Shown: positions 50,259 to 61,824 of the stretch, one piece after another | Position numbering within the stretch: the first letter of the stretch is position 1 | How the letters are laid out: the number at the start of each line of letters is the position of its first letter | Source of the DNA: Azolla caroliniana | Taxonomy: Eukaryota; Plantae; Polypodiophyta | Reading direction: 5' to 3' | Assembly: GCA_043228905.1 (NCBI GenBank) | Contig: JBHGNT010000003.1 | Location: forward strand, 20,584,001 to 20,648,000 | Length of the DNA stretch: 64,000 nt | Position numbers and translations under genes: made by a program | Notes under the pieces: generated by a model | Seen by the model: the letters and a program-made list of their open reading frames with translations, nothing else | Told to the model about the DNA's origin: nothing | Databases searched by the model: none

Positions 50259-51255
50259 TGTCGTGAAGATTCGTCACTACGCATGGATCGTGAGGCGGAA
50301 CCGCCGGGGTTCTGGACCAGAAGGATTTAGAGTCGATACAAGCTTTGGCGAGAAAGTACTTAAGATAGATTGGGAAAGAGAGAAGTTGAGATTACACGAT
50401 TGATTTGAAAACGAATTTCTTCCTCTTAATTTTCGTAAAAAAAAAACCGTGTTTTTCTCCTCCCCCTTCCCTCTTTTATAGATGCTCTCATGCATATGAT
50501 GCATGTGAGGGTACAAGACATGCATAAATTGCATGTTTGCCATTTGGCGCTTAAGTATTACATGTGGTGCATGCTAACCATGTCACTCATTTTAGCTCTC
50601 ATGGATGAGAATTTACATGTAAAAGTACAATGATAGAAATATAATTTTAACTAAATAGCATGGCTTAATGGTAAGCCAATTGACTCCTAACTTGGAGGTG
50701 CAAGGTTCGAATCCATACTTGCCCTCCTTGTATATGTAAATATGTATATATATTTATATATTTATTTTATCTAGTCATCGGACGCCGGTTCGCCGGATAC
50801 CGGTGCCTCGCCGGATGCCGACGCCGACGTCGGATACCGATGCCGCATGCTGTCGGATCACCGGCTCCATCGCCGGTCCGGTTTTGGTTGGCCAAAACCC
50901 TTTTCGAGTAGCTAGCCACCTCCACTCTTAGTTCAAGTTACCTTGAACTCTCTATGCTCCACACATAAACACAAAGATAATATCTTTTGCTCCACCTTAT
51001 ATATGATGAGAGCCGTATTTGTCGTGCCTATGTGGGATATCTCACAATTTTCTCTTTTCTTTTCACAAACTTTATACCCTCATATCTTGACCTTTAGTTG
51101 TCCATTTCTCGTGTAATAAAGTGCATTCGAAACCTCCATCATTTTGTACTTAGATATTAAAAATGTTATCTTCACAATTATTGTATTACGTGATTCATAC
51201 TCGATTTCGTACGTTTTATGGGATTTTCACACTATTGCCGAAAATCTTCACGACA
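50259..51255 (-). mobile_element. Solo-LTR-like insertion with 13-bp terminal inverted repeats and 4-bp TSD in Copia-3 gag
   Basis: TGTCGTGAAGATT...AATCTTCACGACA; TSD ACGT/ATGT. Removal restores RMHLAE-NVYFNM. TATA-like CTATAAAAG on the minus strand near 50475. Confidence 0.85.
50654..50724 (+). other. tRNA-like segment (A box TGGCTTAATGG, B box GGTTCGAATCC) embedded in the solo LTR
   Basis: D-arm GGCTT/AAGCC, loop CT-CCT-AA, variable AGGTG, T loop TTCGAAT. Acceptor and anticodon stems pair poorly, so not a functional tRNA. Confidence 0.65.
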
Positions 51256-52065
51256 ATGTTTTCGGCCAGATGCATTCGGATGGTGGAGCGTGTGATTTCG
51301 TCCGTTGATCTCCACTCCTCGGTTGTTATTGAAGCAAGTTTTTCGCTTTGCCGAATGGCTTCGACCTGTCTTCAAATGATCAACACATCCTGCATCATCT
51401 ACTTCCACAAGGCAAAGTTTTTGCCGTTGAATTTTCTGATTTCTACTCCTATTCCGGATGTTGAAGCCATATTCTCTTTCTGAACTTGACATTTCTGACT
51501 TGGTCTTTTCTTTCAGTTTCTTCTGTTGTCTGATGCCGCCAAACAACAAAACTTCGGCTCTGATACCAGTTGTGAGTACGAGTGCTAGGTGCGGAAACGT
51601 GTATGGATCTGTAGTCGGTACTGGACAACAAACAACACATACAGAAAATAGAATAGGCGTGGAGACTTATAGAGATGGAGCTTTAATGGAAAGCTTTAAT
51701 ACAAGTTTGAGCCCATGCCATTGTCTGTTGTTCGAAGCAATGCTTCTAGGCGACTTAGCTAACATGCATTGTGACGTGAGATGAGGCTTTGGGGCACAAC
51801 TAATGAGAGTGATTGACTATGTACACCTTGCCCTAAACAAGTTCGAGAGTTTGAGTATCACACTTTGATCCAATGTTTTGTCATTGATCATATTTGAACA
51901 TGCTTTCCACAAATCTTCGACCAAGCCCAATCCTTGCACCAATTTCTCGCACAACCACAATATGCACTCTCGATTGCAATATTCATTGGTAAAGTTCTTG
52001 AACGAGACTCGCTACTCACTTTCACATGTTTAGCGAGAAATGTAATATTATTGGTCTTATAATAG

Positions 52066-52110
<45 letters not shown>

Positions 52111-52427
52111 ACGTAATTATATTAACAAATGTTTGTGAAAAAAACTACTTACAATGGGTGTCAAAATGGAGTATTGTCATGCATTAAGTACATTGGTAGG
52201 TGAACATGTTGAATTGCCAATAGACAAGATGAACACTCCACTAAGGAAAGAATTTCCAATTGCTTCAATAAAAACAATTGTCACATTGGTAGATATCCAT
52301 TGGAGCCTACAATTAAATACAAAAGCATTGCATGTACCCAAATTATGACGTGTTAAGAATTAGGTAAGTAATTAAGAGTTAATTAGTACCTAATTATGTG
52401 ATTAAGTTAAGCGCGGAAGATTAAGTG

Positions 52428-52429
<2 letters not shown>

Positions 52430-52493
<64 letters not shown>
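52430..52493. repeat. (TG)n(AG)n microsatellite
   Basis: Direct observation. Confidence 0.95.
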
Positions 52494-54279
52494 TACACTT
52501 ATGAATAACACAAGATGGGGGATGAGTAAACTAGAGTGTATATTATAAAACATCATCAAATACAAAAATACCCACAATGAGGTATATATACATCTCATGT
52601 GCAAAGGTGCACATGTGTGAGTAGAATATAGGTACTAATGTGTAAGTCCTATATTAAATGTACTTAGGAGTGGAAGATCTAGAATATCCCACTTAAGTAC
52701 AAGGTCCTATTTAAGGCGTTATAGTCAACACTTCTAACTAGATTCTATCTAGATAACTACGAAGTTACATGGTTGACTAACTAACTAAACTAAGTTGAGC
52801 TTGATCTCTGAACATGACGCAATCCCCAAGACTTCAGAAATAGAAAAACGATCTCCATATTTGATTTTGGGTCAACCTAACACCACTATATAGGTGTTAA
52901 ATCACACAATGATAAAACTTGCCAAATTTGAATAATGTAACTCTAAATTTGACAAGCAATCAAACATTGTATGAAACGATGAGTATTATCTTCCTTTTGA
53001 ATAATGTAAAAGAAGCAATTGACTATTGATGGTCCATGTTGCTTTAGAGCTAATCTGAAAGGCAAACCCCCAATTGAAACTCTCATGCCTATGAGCTTGT
53101 ATACTCTAATACATATTGTAACAATTCGGAGTCCGTGGGCTCCCGTGGGCTCTCGTGGTTTTCCCCTTTCAGGGTTTTCCATGTAAACATCATGTGTCAT
53201 TGTATTCATTTTTCCTATTTTTCATTTCCACTTGTGAGTGATAATCGATTGTGGCCGATTGTTAAGTGCTTGGATCGCACCACGACTGGTAATGAAGAAG
53301 AGTGCATCAACAAGGACGTAGTATGGCTAAAGGACCTACGAAGAGGGAATGGCAAGAGGAAAGAGGGCTAAGAGACATCCAAGTGTGGAAGGTCCATACC
53401 CTAAATGTAAATGTTATATAAACCACATGGTGGTGGCTTTGTAAGGGTTCTTCCATTTGTAAAGATCTCCCTATTGATTAAGAGCTAGAGCTTCCTCTCC
53501 TCCTTCTTGTAACCTTTAAGCTTAAGAGAGATTAGTGAAGTGTTTAGTTAGAGAACACTAATATCTCTTCCTTGTTGGTACTAGACCTCTTAGCAAAGAG
53601 AGTTAATAACATATTCATTACTCCTATTGTCTATATTCATTACCCTATTGTCTATGAGAGTGAGCTTGAGAGAGTGAGAGAGATATCGTGCTTAATCATT
53701 TATTAATCGTTAAGTGAGTGTGAGGCTCGGAGGTGTCCGACAACCATCTTCGACCGATTCGCCATCAAAAGGGTATACGCGGGTCCGAACTCCGCAAACG
53801 ACATCGAGGAGTTAACTCCATCGATACATAGATCTTACACATCTATTTGGCGCCGCTGGTGGGGATACGACCGACGCTTGAAGTCGACTTCGAGTGGTCA
53901 AACACTCGTAGGCAACACACTTAATGAGGGAAGAAATTGAAAGGAAACCACTATTTGTGTTAATTAAAATGCTCGCTATTTCACATTTTAATTAAGTTAA
54001 TTTTCTATTTTTTATGCTCACTAATTAAGTTAATTTTCAGTTTTTTATGCTAACTATTTCACATTTTAATTAAGTTAATTTTCTGTTTTTTTTAGTTGTA
54101 ATTTACTCTTCCTTAATTGCCCGGACATTAGCAAGCTATTCGTCTGGTTAACGCTAAGCATTGTTGAGATTTAGCCGTTGCAAGGCAAGAATAATCACCG
54201 TGATCCTCGCTGATTACGATCATCCCATGAGACAAGAAACGGTCGTTGGCGCCAACAAATTCAAATTCCCCACTCAAAG

Positions 54280-54900
54280 TTTGTCGAAAGATCAAAGTTT
54301 GCCAAACCCGCATCTTTCGACGAACCCCCATCTTTCGACGAAAGATCAAAGTTGGCCAAACCCTCATCTTTCGACGAGCCCACATCCTTTGACGAAATAT
54401 CAAAGTTGGCCAAACCCTCATGTTTCGACGAACCCACATCCTTCGACAAAAGATCAAAGTTTGACAAACCCACATCTTTCAACGAAAGGTCAAAGTTGGT
54501 CAAACCCTCATCTTTCGACGAACCCCCATCCTTCGGCGAAAGATCAAAGTTTGACGAACGCATATCTTTCGACGAAATGTCAAAGTTTGCCAAACCGACA
54601 TCCTTCGATGAAAGATCAAAGTTCGACGAACCCATATCTTTCGACGAAAGGTCAAGGTTTGCCAAACCCTCATCTTTCAACGAACCCACGTCCTTCGACA
54701 AAAGATCAAAGTTCGACGAACCCATATCTTTCGATGAAAGGTCAAAGTTTGGCAAACCCTCATCTTTCAATGAACCCACATCCTTCGACGAAAGATCAAA
54801 GTTTGACAAACCGACATCTTTCAACGAAAGCTCAAAGTTTGCCAAACCCACAAAGTTCGACAAAAGATCATCTTTCGACGAACCCGCAAAGTTTGACAAG
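54280..54900 (+). repeat. Tandem array of 18-bp subunits (36/54-bp higher-order units) in the Gypsy-2 5' region
   Basis: Alternating GATCAAAGTTTGCCAAAC / CCNCATCTTTCGACGAAN monomers. Confidence 0.9.
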
Positions 54901-55118
54901 AGAACTTGGCCGGATCCTCATGGACGGAGATGTTCAAAACCCGACCCACACGCCAAGAGGAGTCCACACAAACCAAGCAAACACACGGTGTTGACCCATC
55001 TAACCCAGCTTGATACTACAGAGGGTGGTTAACCCCAGGGACGCTACCAAACATGAACCTCCCATCGAGCCCGGCAACTAAATCGCCTCTCAACACAGCC
55101 CCACTATAGGAGAGCCCA

Positions 55119-56177
55119 ATGGCAGACCCGTTCGGCGTAGAGCGACACATACAAGATGTCACGCAAGAGTTACGTGTGATAGAACAAGAAATGCTCGCCC
55201 GAGATATTGAAGCCGCTTTGGCATAAAGGAAAGACAGGTTTGCGCGAGTGCAACAAAAACTTCACCTCCTAGAAGCATCGTTACATACGCACCATCGAGG
55301 TCGTGAGCTCAGCCCCTCACTGCTTTCGAGCACAATGGGCGACAACCCAAACAAAGCACACACGCAACGACACCTGACACCGCCACGTATGGACACGACC
55401 CCTACACCCAACCAAACTATCTCAGCACCCACGAACATTGAACTCGCACTAGCATTACAATCCATCTATACCCTTGTGGCATTGATGGAAAAAGAGCGAG
55501 TGCCCACAGACAATGTGAGAAACCCCACAAACGACAGCGGGAAGAGTACTTCCATTTCTAAACTAGTACCCCGTTTTCTCGGTTTCGGTGACGCTTATGA
55601 TCACGTAGAAAGGTTCAAGCAAATATGTCGAGCTTATGAGCCCCTCACAAAGACCACCAAAGTAGCGGCGTTCGGACTTACACTCGATGACCCAGCCGGA
55701 ATTTGGTTTACGACCTTGAATGAGGACATCGTCATGAATTTCGAGTATGTCATCGAAGATTTCCTAATAAACTTCGCTCGTCAAGGGAATAAATGGAACC
55801 CGATCGACCAACTTTTCGCCCTCAAGCAAGAAGCGAACGAAATTATCAAGAACTACATACGTCGCACGAAAATCCTTCACCATCGTTGTACGCCGAGCAA
55901 CAAGATGTCAGACGACAAATTGATGAGCCGATTCATCAATGGGTTGTTTGACCTGACACTCCAAAATTTCATGATTGTCAGGATGTGTCGATCATTCACA
56001 GAAGCTTGCATGGTAGTGATGAGTTTTGAAGATTCAATGAGCGGGTTACGGATACCCACTCAAGCGCCTACGAACAACCGTGAGAAGCCCTCGGATCCCA
56101 CTCCACCCATGCCATCGAGACCACCCTATATAGAAAGACCCAAAGCATACGCCCAAAGAGAAAATGAAGGTGTACGG
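55119..56177 (+). pseudogene. Gypsy-2 gag (retrotransposon gag domain), interrupted
   Basis: VPRFLGFGDAYDHVERFKQIC..FGLTLDDPAGIWF..LKQEANEIIKNYIRR..RFINGL. Early stop near 55226; C-terminal part resumes after 60217. Confidence 0.8.
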
Positions 56178-56285
56178 TGTCACGAAGTTTCACGCACGTG
56201 TGTTGCTTGGGCGGGACCACGGGGGTCTCAGACTAGGGAGTACTCAAGGGATAGAGAAGACCCGAGGTTTGCTTTACGACAATAC

Positions 56286-58156
56286 TGTTGGGAGACAGGT
56301 CCCTCCGGATGGAAGAGAGAAGAACAGTGCCGATGAACAAACTCGGCCGAGGCCGAATCCGGAAGTTCGACTCCTTCATGACTGATCAAGGGTACCACAA
56401 GACGCAAGCCGATCATTGCGTGTTTGTGAAGAAGTTCGAAGGAGGTGACTTCCTAATACTCCTTCTGTACGTGGATGACATGTTGATCGTCGGACGGGAC
56501 CAAGTCAAAATACGGATGCTAAAGAAGGCTCTCAACTGGACCTTCTCAATGAAAGACTTGGGTCTGGCAAGACAGATGTTGGGGATGCATATTATCCGGA
56601 ACCGGTCAGCGAAGAAATTATGGCTGTCACAGGAGAAGTACGTGACAAAGGTGCTTCACCGGTTCAACATGTCAGATGTGAAACCGGTCGGATCGACACT
56701 TCCGACAAACTGTAGGCTATCCGGTAAGCAAAGCCCGAAGACAAAAGCAGAGAAGGCGGATATGATAAAGATTCCATATACCTCTGCCGTCGGGAGCTTG
56801 ATGTACGCAATGGTGTGCACCCGACCAGATATAGGATACGCAGTCGGAGTGGTGAGCCGGTTTATGAGCAATCCCGGCAAGGAGCACTGGAACGCGGTCA
56901 AATGGATACTCCGGTATTTGAAGGGCACTTCAAATATGTGTCTCCGATTCGGCTCCGGAAAACCTCAACTTGACGGTTTCACCGATTCGGACATGTCAGT
57001 TGATGTGGATACTAGCCGGTCTACATCCGGGTATGTAATGACATATGCAGGGGGAGCTGTTTCATGGCAGTCGAGGCTGCAGAAGACGGTTGCATTGTCA
57101 ACCACGGAGGCGGAGTACATGGCGGCTGTGGAAGCCGGCAAGGAAATATTATGGATGAAGGACTTCATCGGAGAGCTCGGTATCCGGCAAGATGAATACC
57201 GACTCTATTGCGACAATCAAAGTGCCATCCACCTTGCTAAGAATGCGGCCTACCACTCCCGGACGAAGCATATCCAGCGAAGGTATCACTGGATCCGGGA
57301 AAGAGTAGATGACCAGGAGTTCACGCTGACGAAGATCCACACGACCAAGAACGGGTCAAATATGCTGACCAAAGTGTTGATACTCGATAGCTAGATGCAT
57401 GTCGGAAGTGGATCAGACTAGTAAGACACCCCATGCCGGAGTGAAGGGGGAGTTTGTTGGGAGACAGGTCCCTCCGGATGGAAGAGAGAAGAACAGTGTT
57501 GGATGAGGAGTACCCGGCTACGGAGAGCCGGATGGTGCAAACCCGGTGAGAACCGGATGAGTACCCGGCTACGGAGAGTCGAATGGTGCAGACCCAGTGA
57601 GAACCAGATGAGGAGTACCTAGCTACGGAGAGCTGGATGGTGCAGACCCGGTGAGAACCGGATGAGGAGTACCTGGCTACGGAGAGCCGGATGGTGAAGA
57701 CCCAGTGAGGAGTGTTCACCGGATGAAGAGACATATTCGTAAATATGCTTCTGAGAGTCCATCATGGCTATATTTGTAAATAGCCAAAAAGTCATATTGG
57801 TATAAATATGACTTAGGGCAAACTTTTTTAGTGGTTGTTGTCATTCTTGTTGGTGTAAGGAGAGAGAGAGCGCATAACTGTGTACAGAGAGAGAGAGAGA
57901 GGAAGCGGTCGTTGCCTCTGTTGTAACCGCCGCCTGTGGCGAAGATAGTGAGCACAAGGTCGTTGCGTCCGTGAACTCACGGTTGTACATTCTAACATAG
58001 TGATAGTTTGCAGCCTGTGGGCTGTCGTGGTTTTTCCCTTAGTTTGGGTTTTCCACGTAAACATCATGTGTACTCTTCTCTTTTTTGTGTCAAACATCTA
58101 TTTCCCGTTTTTCTGTGTATGATTCTAAGCTCAGTTGTGGCCGAGCGTTGCGTATA
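56286..58156 (+). mobile_element. Deleted Ty1/copia element (Copia-4): 5' LTR stub fused to RT-RNaseH, 3' LTR 57455-58156
   Basis: TGTTGGGAGACAGG start; junction at CCGGA (~56359) into RKFDSFM..YVDDML..GFTDSD..KHIQRRYH; PPT GAAGGGGGAG; 3' LTR homologous to 1494-2298 but missing its last ~22 bp. Confidence 0.9.
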
Positions 58157-58739
58157 TACGAACAACCGTGAGAAGCCCTCGGATCCCACTCCACCCATGC
58201 CGTCGAAATCACCCTATATAGAAAGACCCAAAGCATATGCCCAAAGAGAAAATGAAGGTGTATGGTGTCACGAAGTTTCGCGCACGTGTGTTGCTTGGGC
58301 CGAACCACGGGGGTCTCATACTAGGGAGTACTCAAGGTGATAGAGAAGACCCGAGGATTGCTTTACAACAATACTACTTCCCGACCCCTTCCCGAGCAAG
58401 GTCTCGTTGCCCTTTGTTTTGTGAGGCTGGTGGCTCTCGTTGATCACGACTACCAATTTATGTTGCGATGTTTCACGCACGTGTGTTACTTGGGCGGGAC
58501 CACGGGGGTCTTGGACTAGGGAGTACTCAAGGGATAGAGAAGACCCGAGGTTTGCTTAAATTACGACAATACTACTTCCCTACCCCTTCCCGAGCAAGGT
58601 CTTGTTGCCCTTTGTTTTGTGAGGCCGGTGGCTCTCGTTGATCACGACTCGTCGACCTTCTGTAGATCACCGTACGAGCCAAGTGACCAAACGGGTACAA
58701 GCAAGATGAGCACGCAACATGAACGCACAAGGGGACGAT

Positions 58740-59368
58740 AACACAAACACGAATGTCCGTACGTCTTTATGAGGAGGAGAGGTGCATGGGCGCACCCGAA
58801 CGCTCCCTCGTCACAAGACGTTGAACGTACGAGGAAGACACAAAACACACGCACAAATGCTCGTACGCCTTTATGAGGAGGAGATGTGCATGGGCAAGCC
58901 CGAACGGTCCCCTCGTCACAAGACGGCCGAACGTACGAGGAAGACACAAACACACACATAAAATGCTCGTACGCCTTTATGAGGAGGAGAGGTGCATGGG
59001 CAAGCCCGAACAGTCCCCTCGTCACAAGACGGTCGAACGTACAAGGAAGACACAAACACACGCACAAATGCTCGTACGCCTTTATGAGGAGGAGAGGTGC
59101 ATGGGCAAGCCCGAAAGGTCCCCTCCTCACAAGACGGCCGAACGTACGAGGAAGACACAAACACACGCACAAAATTCTTGTGCGCCTTTATGAGGAGGAG
59201 AGGTGCATGGGAAGCCCAAATGGTCCCCTCGTCACAAGACGGCCGAACGTACGAGGAAGACACAAACACACATACAAATGCTCGTACGCCTTTATGAGGA
59301 GGAGAGGTGCATGGGCAAGCTCGAACGGTTCCCTCGTCACAAGACGGCCGAACGTACAAGAAAGACAC
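58740..59368. repeat. ~105-bp tandem repeat, ~6 copies
   Basis: GAGGAGGAGA anchors at ~58771, 58875, 58981, 59086, 59192, 59296; 35-aa periodicity in the spurious ORFs. Confidence 0.92.
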
Positions 59369-59935
59369 GAATAAAGAAAGAAGGAGAGAAAGAAACACGA
59401 ATGATATTGACCAAAGAGATAAATACGTGTTCAATTCTAACGCAAGAGGACCCTTTATAAAATAGGGTTTTGTTTACAATGGCAACTTATAGTTAATCAC
59501 AAGCTCAATCAAAACATAAATATTAAATGCCCTTAGAGACAAGGCAAAACCGAACACGGCGAAGATGAACACATGAGCACCACCAAAATGCCAATCCCAA
59601 CGAACCACGACCACCCGAACGGCGAGCACACGGGCTCGCAACAACGAACGTGGCGGAGCAACGTCGAACCAACGAAACTTGGGCTCACGAGCACTTCGAG
59701 TGCCGACGCGAATAAGACGAGCACGTGGTGATGGGGGGATGAAGGGCTATGAGATGAAAGAAGTGGTGAATAAGGAGATGAAGAGCTTCGAAGGAAAATT
59801 GGCGATAGTCTCCTCCTCCCAAAACGTCCTCCCGAATGAGCCCCCCTCGACCTCCTTTTATAGGAAAAAAAGAAGGGGGGGTCGCCAAATTAGTCTTCAA
59901 TGAAAAAGGAATAAAATTCCTTAAATCACGTTGCA

Positions 59936-60006
59936 CTATAAGACTAGATTCAAACCATGCACCTCTAGCTTATAGTCAATGTGACTATCCACTAGCCCAC
60001 TAACTC
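59936..60006 (-). other. tRNA-like segment (A box TGGGCTAGTGG, B-box-like GGTTTGAATCT) embedded in the solo LTR
   Basis: Minus strand TGGGCTAGTGGATAGTCACATTGACTATAAGCTAGAGGTGCATGGTTTGAATCTA; aligns by eye with 50661-50715. Confidence 0.55.
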
Positions 60007-61421
60007 TCTCTTATACAATATATAATTCTAGCTCTATAAATTTATACCATGTCTCCCCTCTACCTTTTATCTCTCCTCCTTTTCACCCTTTCTTTTCCTT
60101 TTTTTATTTTGCATATGCATAATTAATCGCTTTTGTGTGCACACACATTGCACATGCACATTTTTTACCCCCCCTTTCACCGGTTTTTCCCACCCTCGAG
60201 CACGCCACATCACGACAACGGTGTGCCACGACATCCCCCACTCAAAACACCCCCACAACCACCGGTACATAGTCTCACCCAACAATCACAGGACCTTATC
60301 GAGTGGTTCCAAAGAGAAGCATCATGCCCATGGTGTGGTAAAGAACACTTAGTACTTGACTGCCCCCAAAAAATGAAACGGATTGGCGCCAATATGTTAT
60401 CTATCGTACCATCAACGATTGGCGCCAACATCATCACATGAGGTGTCCGACAACCATCTTCGCCTGATTCGCCATCAAAAGGGTATACGTCGGTCCGAAC
60501 TCCGCAAACGACATCGAGGAGTTAACTCCATCGATACATAAATCTTACACACCGATCTTGTTCTCAACAATATATTCAAGCTTGAGGCAATGGATGTTGT
60601 GATTTCACCATGTTTGCATACATATCATGTCTTGTGCTAAGTACAATTTTAAGAAAACAAATAATACATGTATAGATTGTAAAAGTACAATTGGTTCTTA
60701 ATGGTACTAAGCTATGAGTATATATATCAACACCTCATGTAGGTGAATGTAATGAGAATTGTTGATTCAGCATGTACATTTAATCTAGTCATTACTTTAC
60801 TATGTTCATTATATATTCATAAGTTGATACTAATGTCCTTCTATACATATGTGTACAACTAGTTTATTAGTAAGTTTAAACCTTGCATGTATGCACTATA
60901 CAATTATTGAAGTATCAAGGAAACTTGTTGAGTACTAACCTCTATCTATATCACGATACTTGTAGCTTTAGAGCTAAGCTCATTCCATGTAATAATTGTA
61001 TTGAAACTTTAGTATTGAGCTAATGCCATACATTGTTGTCTAATTGGTAACCTATTTTTGTAGGTAGTTTAGCACAAACTTCATTTTGTATTATCGTGTT
61101 TTAGCATTAATGTAGGACCAAGTTTATTCTATGATGAAGTGTGTAGTTAGTTTAGTACGAACATCATTACTTAAACAATATTTCTATATTTATGTGGTTT
61201 ACTACTAATATAGAACCCAGTTCATTCTACTTGAGTATTAACTTCATTCCTTAAACTGTATTTTATTTTGTATCCATGTGCTTGAGTATTGACGTAGAAC
61301 CACATTCATTTTGCAGTAGGTGTGTAGCTCATTTAGTACTAATGTTATTAAACTATCTTTCATTCAACAGTGGAATGTTTTAGTGCGGATGTAGTACTAA
61401 ATCCATTCTTTATCGAGATAT

Positions 61422-61824
61422 TAACAATCGGCGACGGTTTAGTTCAAGAGTGTCAAAACCAAATCGTTTTAAAATTTTGAAACTTGAACCGAACCACGAA
61501 ACCGTTTAAACTAAACTGTTAGGTAAAAATTCAAACCGTTAAACCCGCGATTTCATAGTTCAGTTTCGGTTTTCAACTTAGGTCGAAATTTAAATTTTAA
61601 AATTTTCCATTATTTCAAATTTTAAATTTTCAAAAATTTTTAGATTTATCCTAAAATGTGAGAATTAGTCTTAAAAATGAAAAGGTTTTTTAAAAATTTT
61701 AATATTTAGAAACCATCAAACCATTTAAATCGTCTAAACCACAGCTTCAAACCAAACTGTTTAAACCGTTTACCCACAGCTTTGCGGTTCAGTTCGGTTC
61801 AAACCAAACCGTTGTCGGTTGTTA
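61422..61824. mobile_element. hAT-type MITE
   Basis: TIR TAACAATCGGCGACGGTTT / AAACCGTTGTCGGTTGTTA; 8-bp TSD CGAGATAT/CAAGCTAT (6/8); subterminal AAACCG motifs. Confidence 0.72.

Larger units (their letters stand above)
45887..51696 (-). mobile_element. Degenerate Ty1/copia element (Copia-3)
   Basis: 3' LTR 45887-46165 with PPT ACGGGGGAG; truncated 5' LTR 51571-~51696; PBS TGGTATCAGAGC 51557-51568. Fragmented gag/PR (LDSGAT)/IN/RT/RH (KHIEVRYH). Confidence 0.9.
58266..60217 (-). mobile_element. ~1.95-kb solo-LTR-like insertion with 4-bp TSD in Gypsy-2 gag (partial duplicate of its left end at 56178-56285)
   Basis: TGTCACGA...TCACGACA termini; TSD ACGG (56174-56177, ATGG at 58262-58265) / ACGG (60218-60221). 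Removal gives KVYG-VPRHPP. TATA-like motif on the minus strand near 59455. Confidence 0.75.
53233..60551 (+). mobile_element. Internally deleted Ty3/gypsy element (Gypsy-2; gag only, pol absent)
   Basis: 5' LTR ~53233-53841; PBS TGGCGCCGCTGGTGGGGA 6 nt downstream; gag-like ORF; CCHC knuckle CPWCGKEHLVLDC at ~60325-60365; last ~110 bp of the 3' LTR at 60440-60551. Possible degenerate TSD CCACT/CCGAT; left boundary uncertain. Confidence 0.72.

Noticed and set aside
50275-50290. CACTAC as a CACTA transposon terminus
   Set aside because: It lies inside the 50259-51255 element, whose true ends are TG..CA with a 4-bp TSD; no matching TAGTG end with a 3-bp TSD.
50654-50724. Functional tRNA-Arg(CCT) gene
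   Set aside because: Acceptor, anticodon and T stems pair poorly; kept only as a tRNA-like module.
58740-59368. Regularly spaced repeats as a CRISPR array (also 1573-1845, 7100-7520, 28135-28405, 54280-54900)
   Set aside because: Units are contiguous tandem copies with no unique spacers; eukaryotic context; no cas genes.
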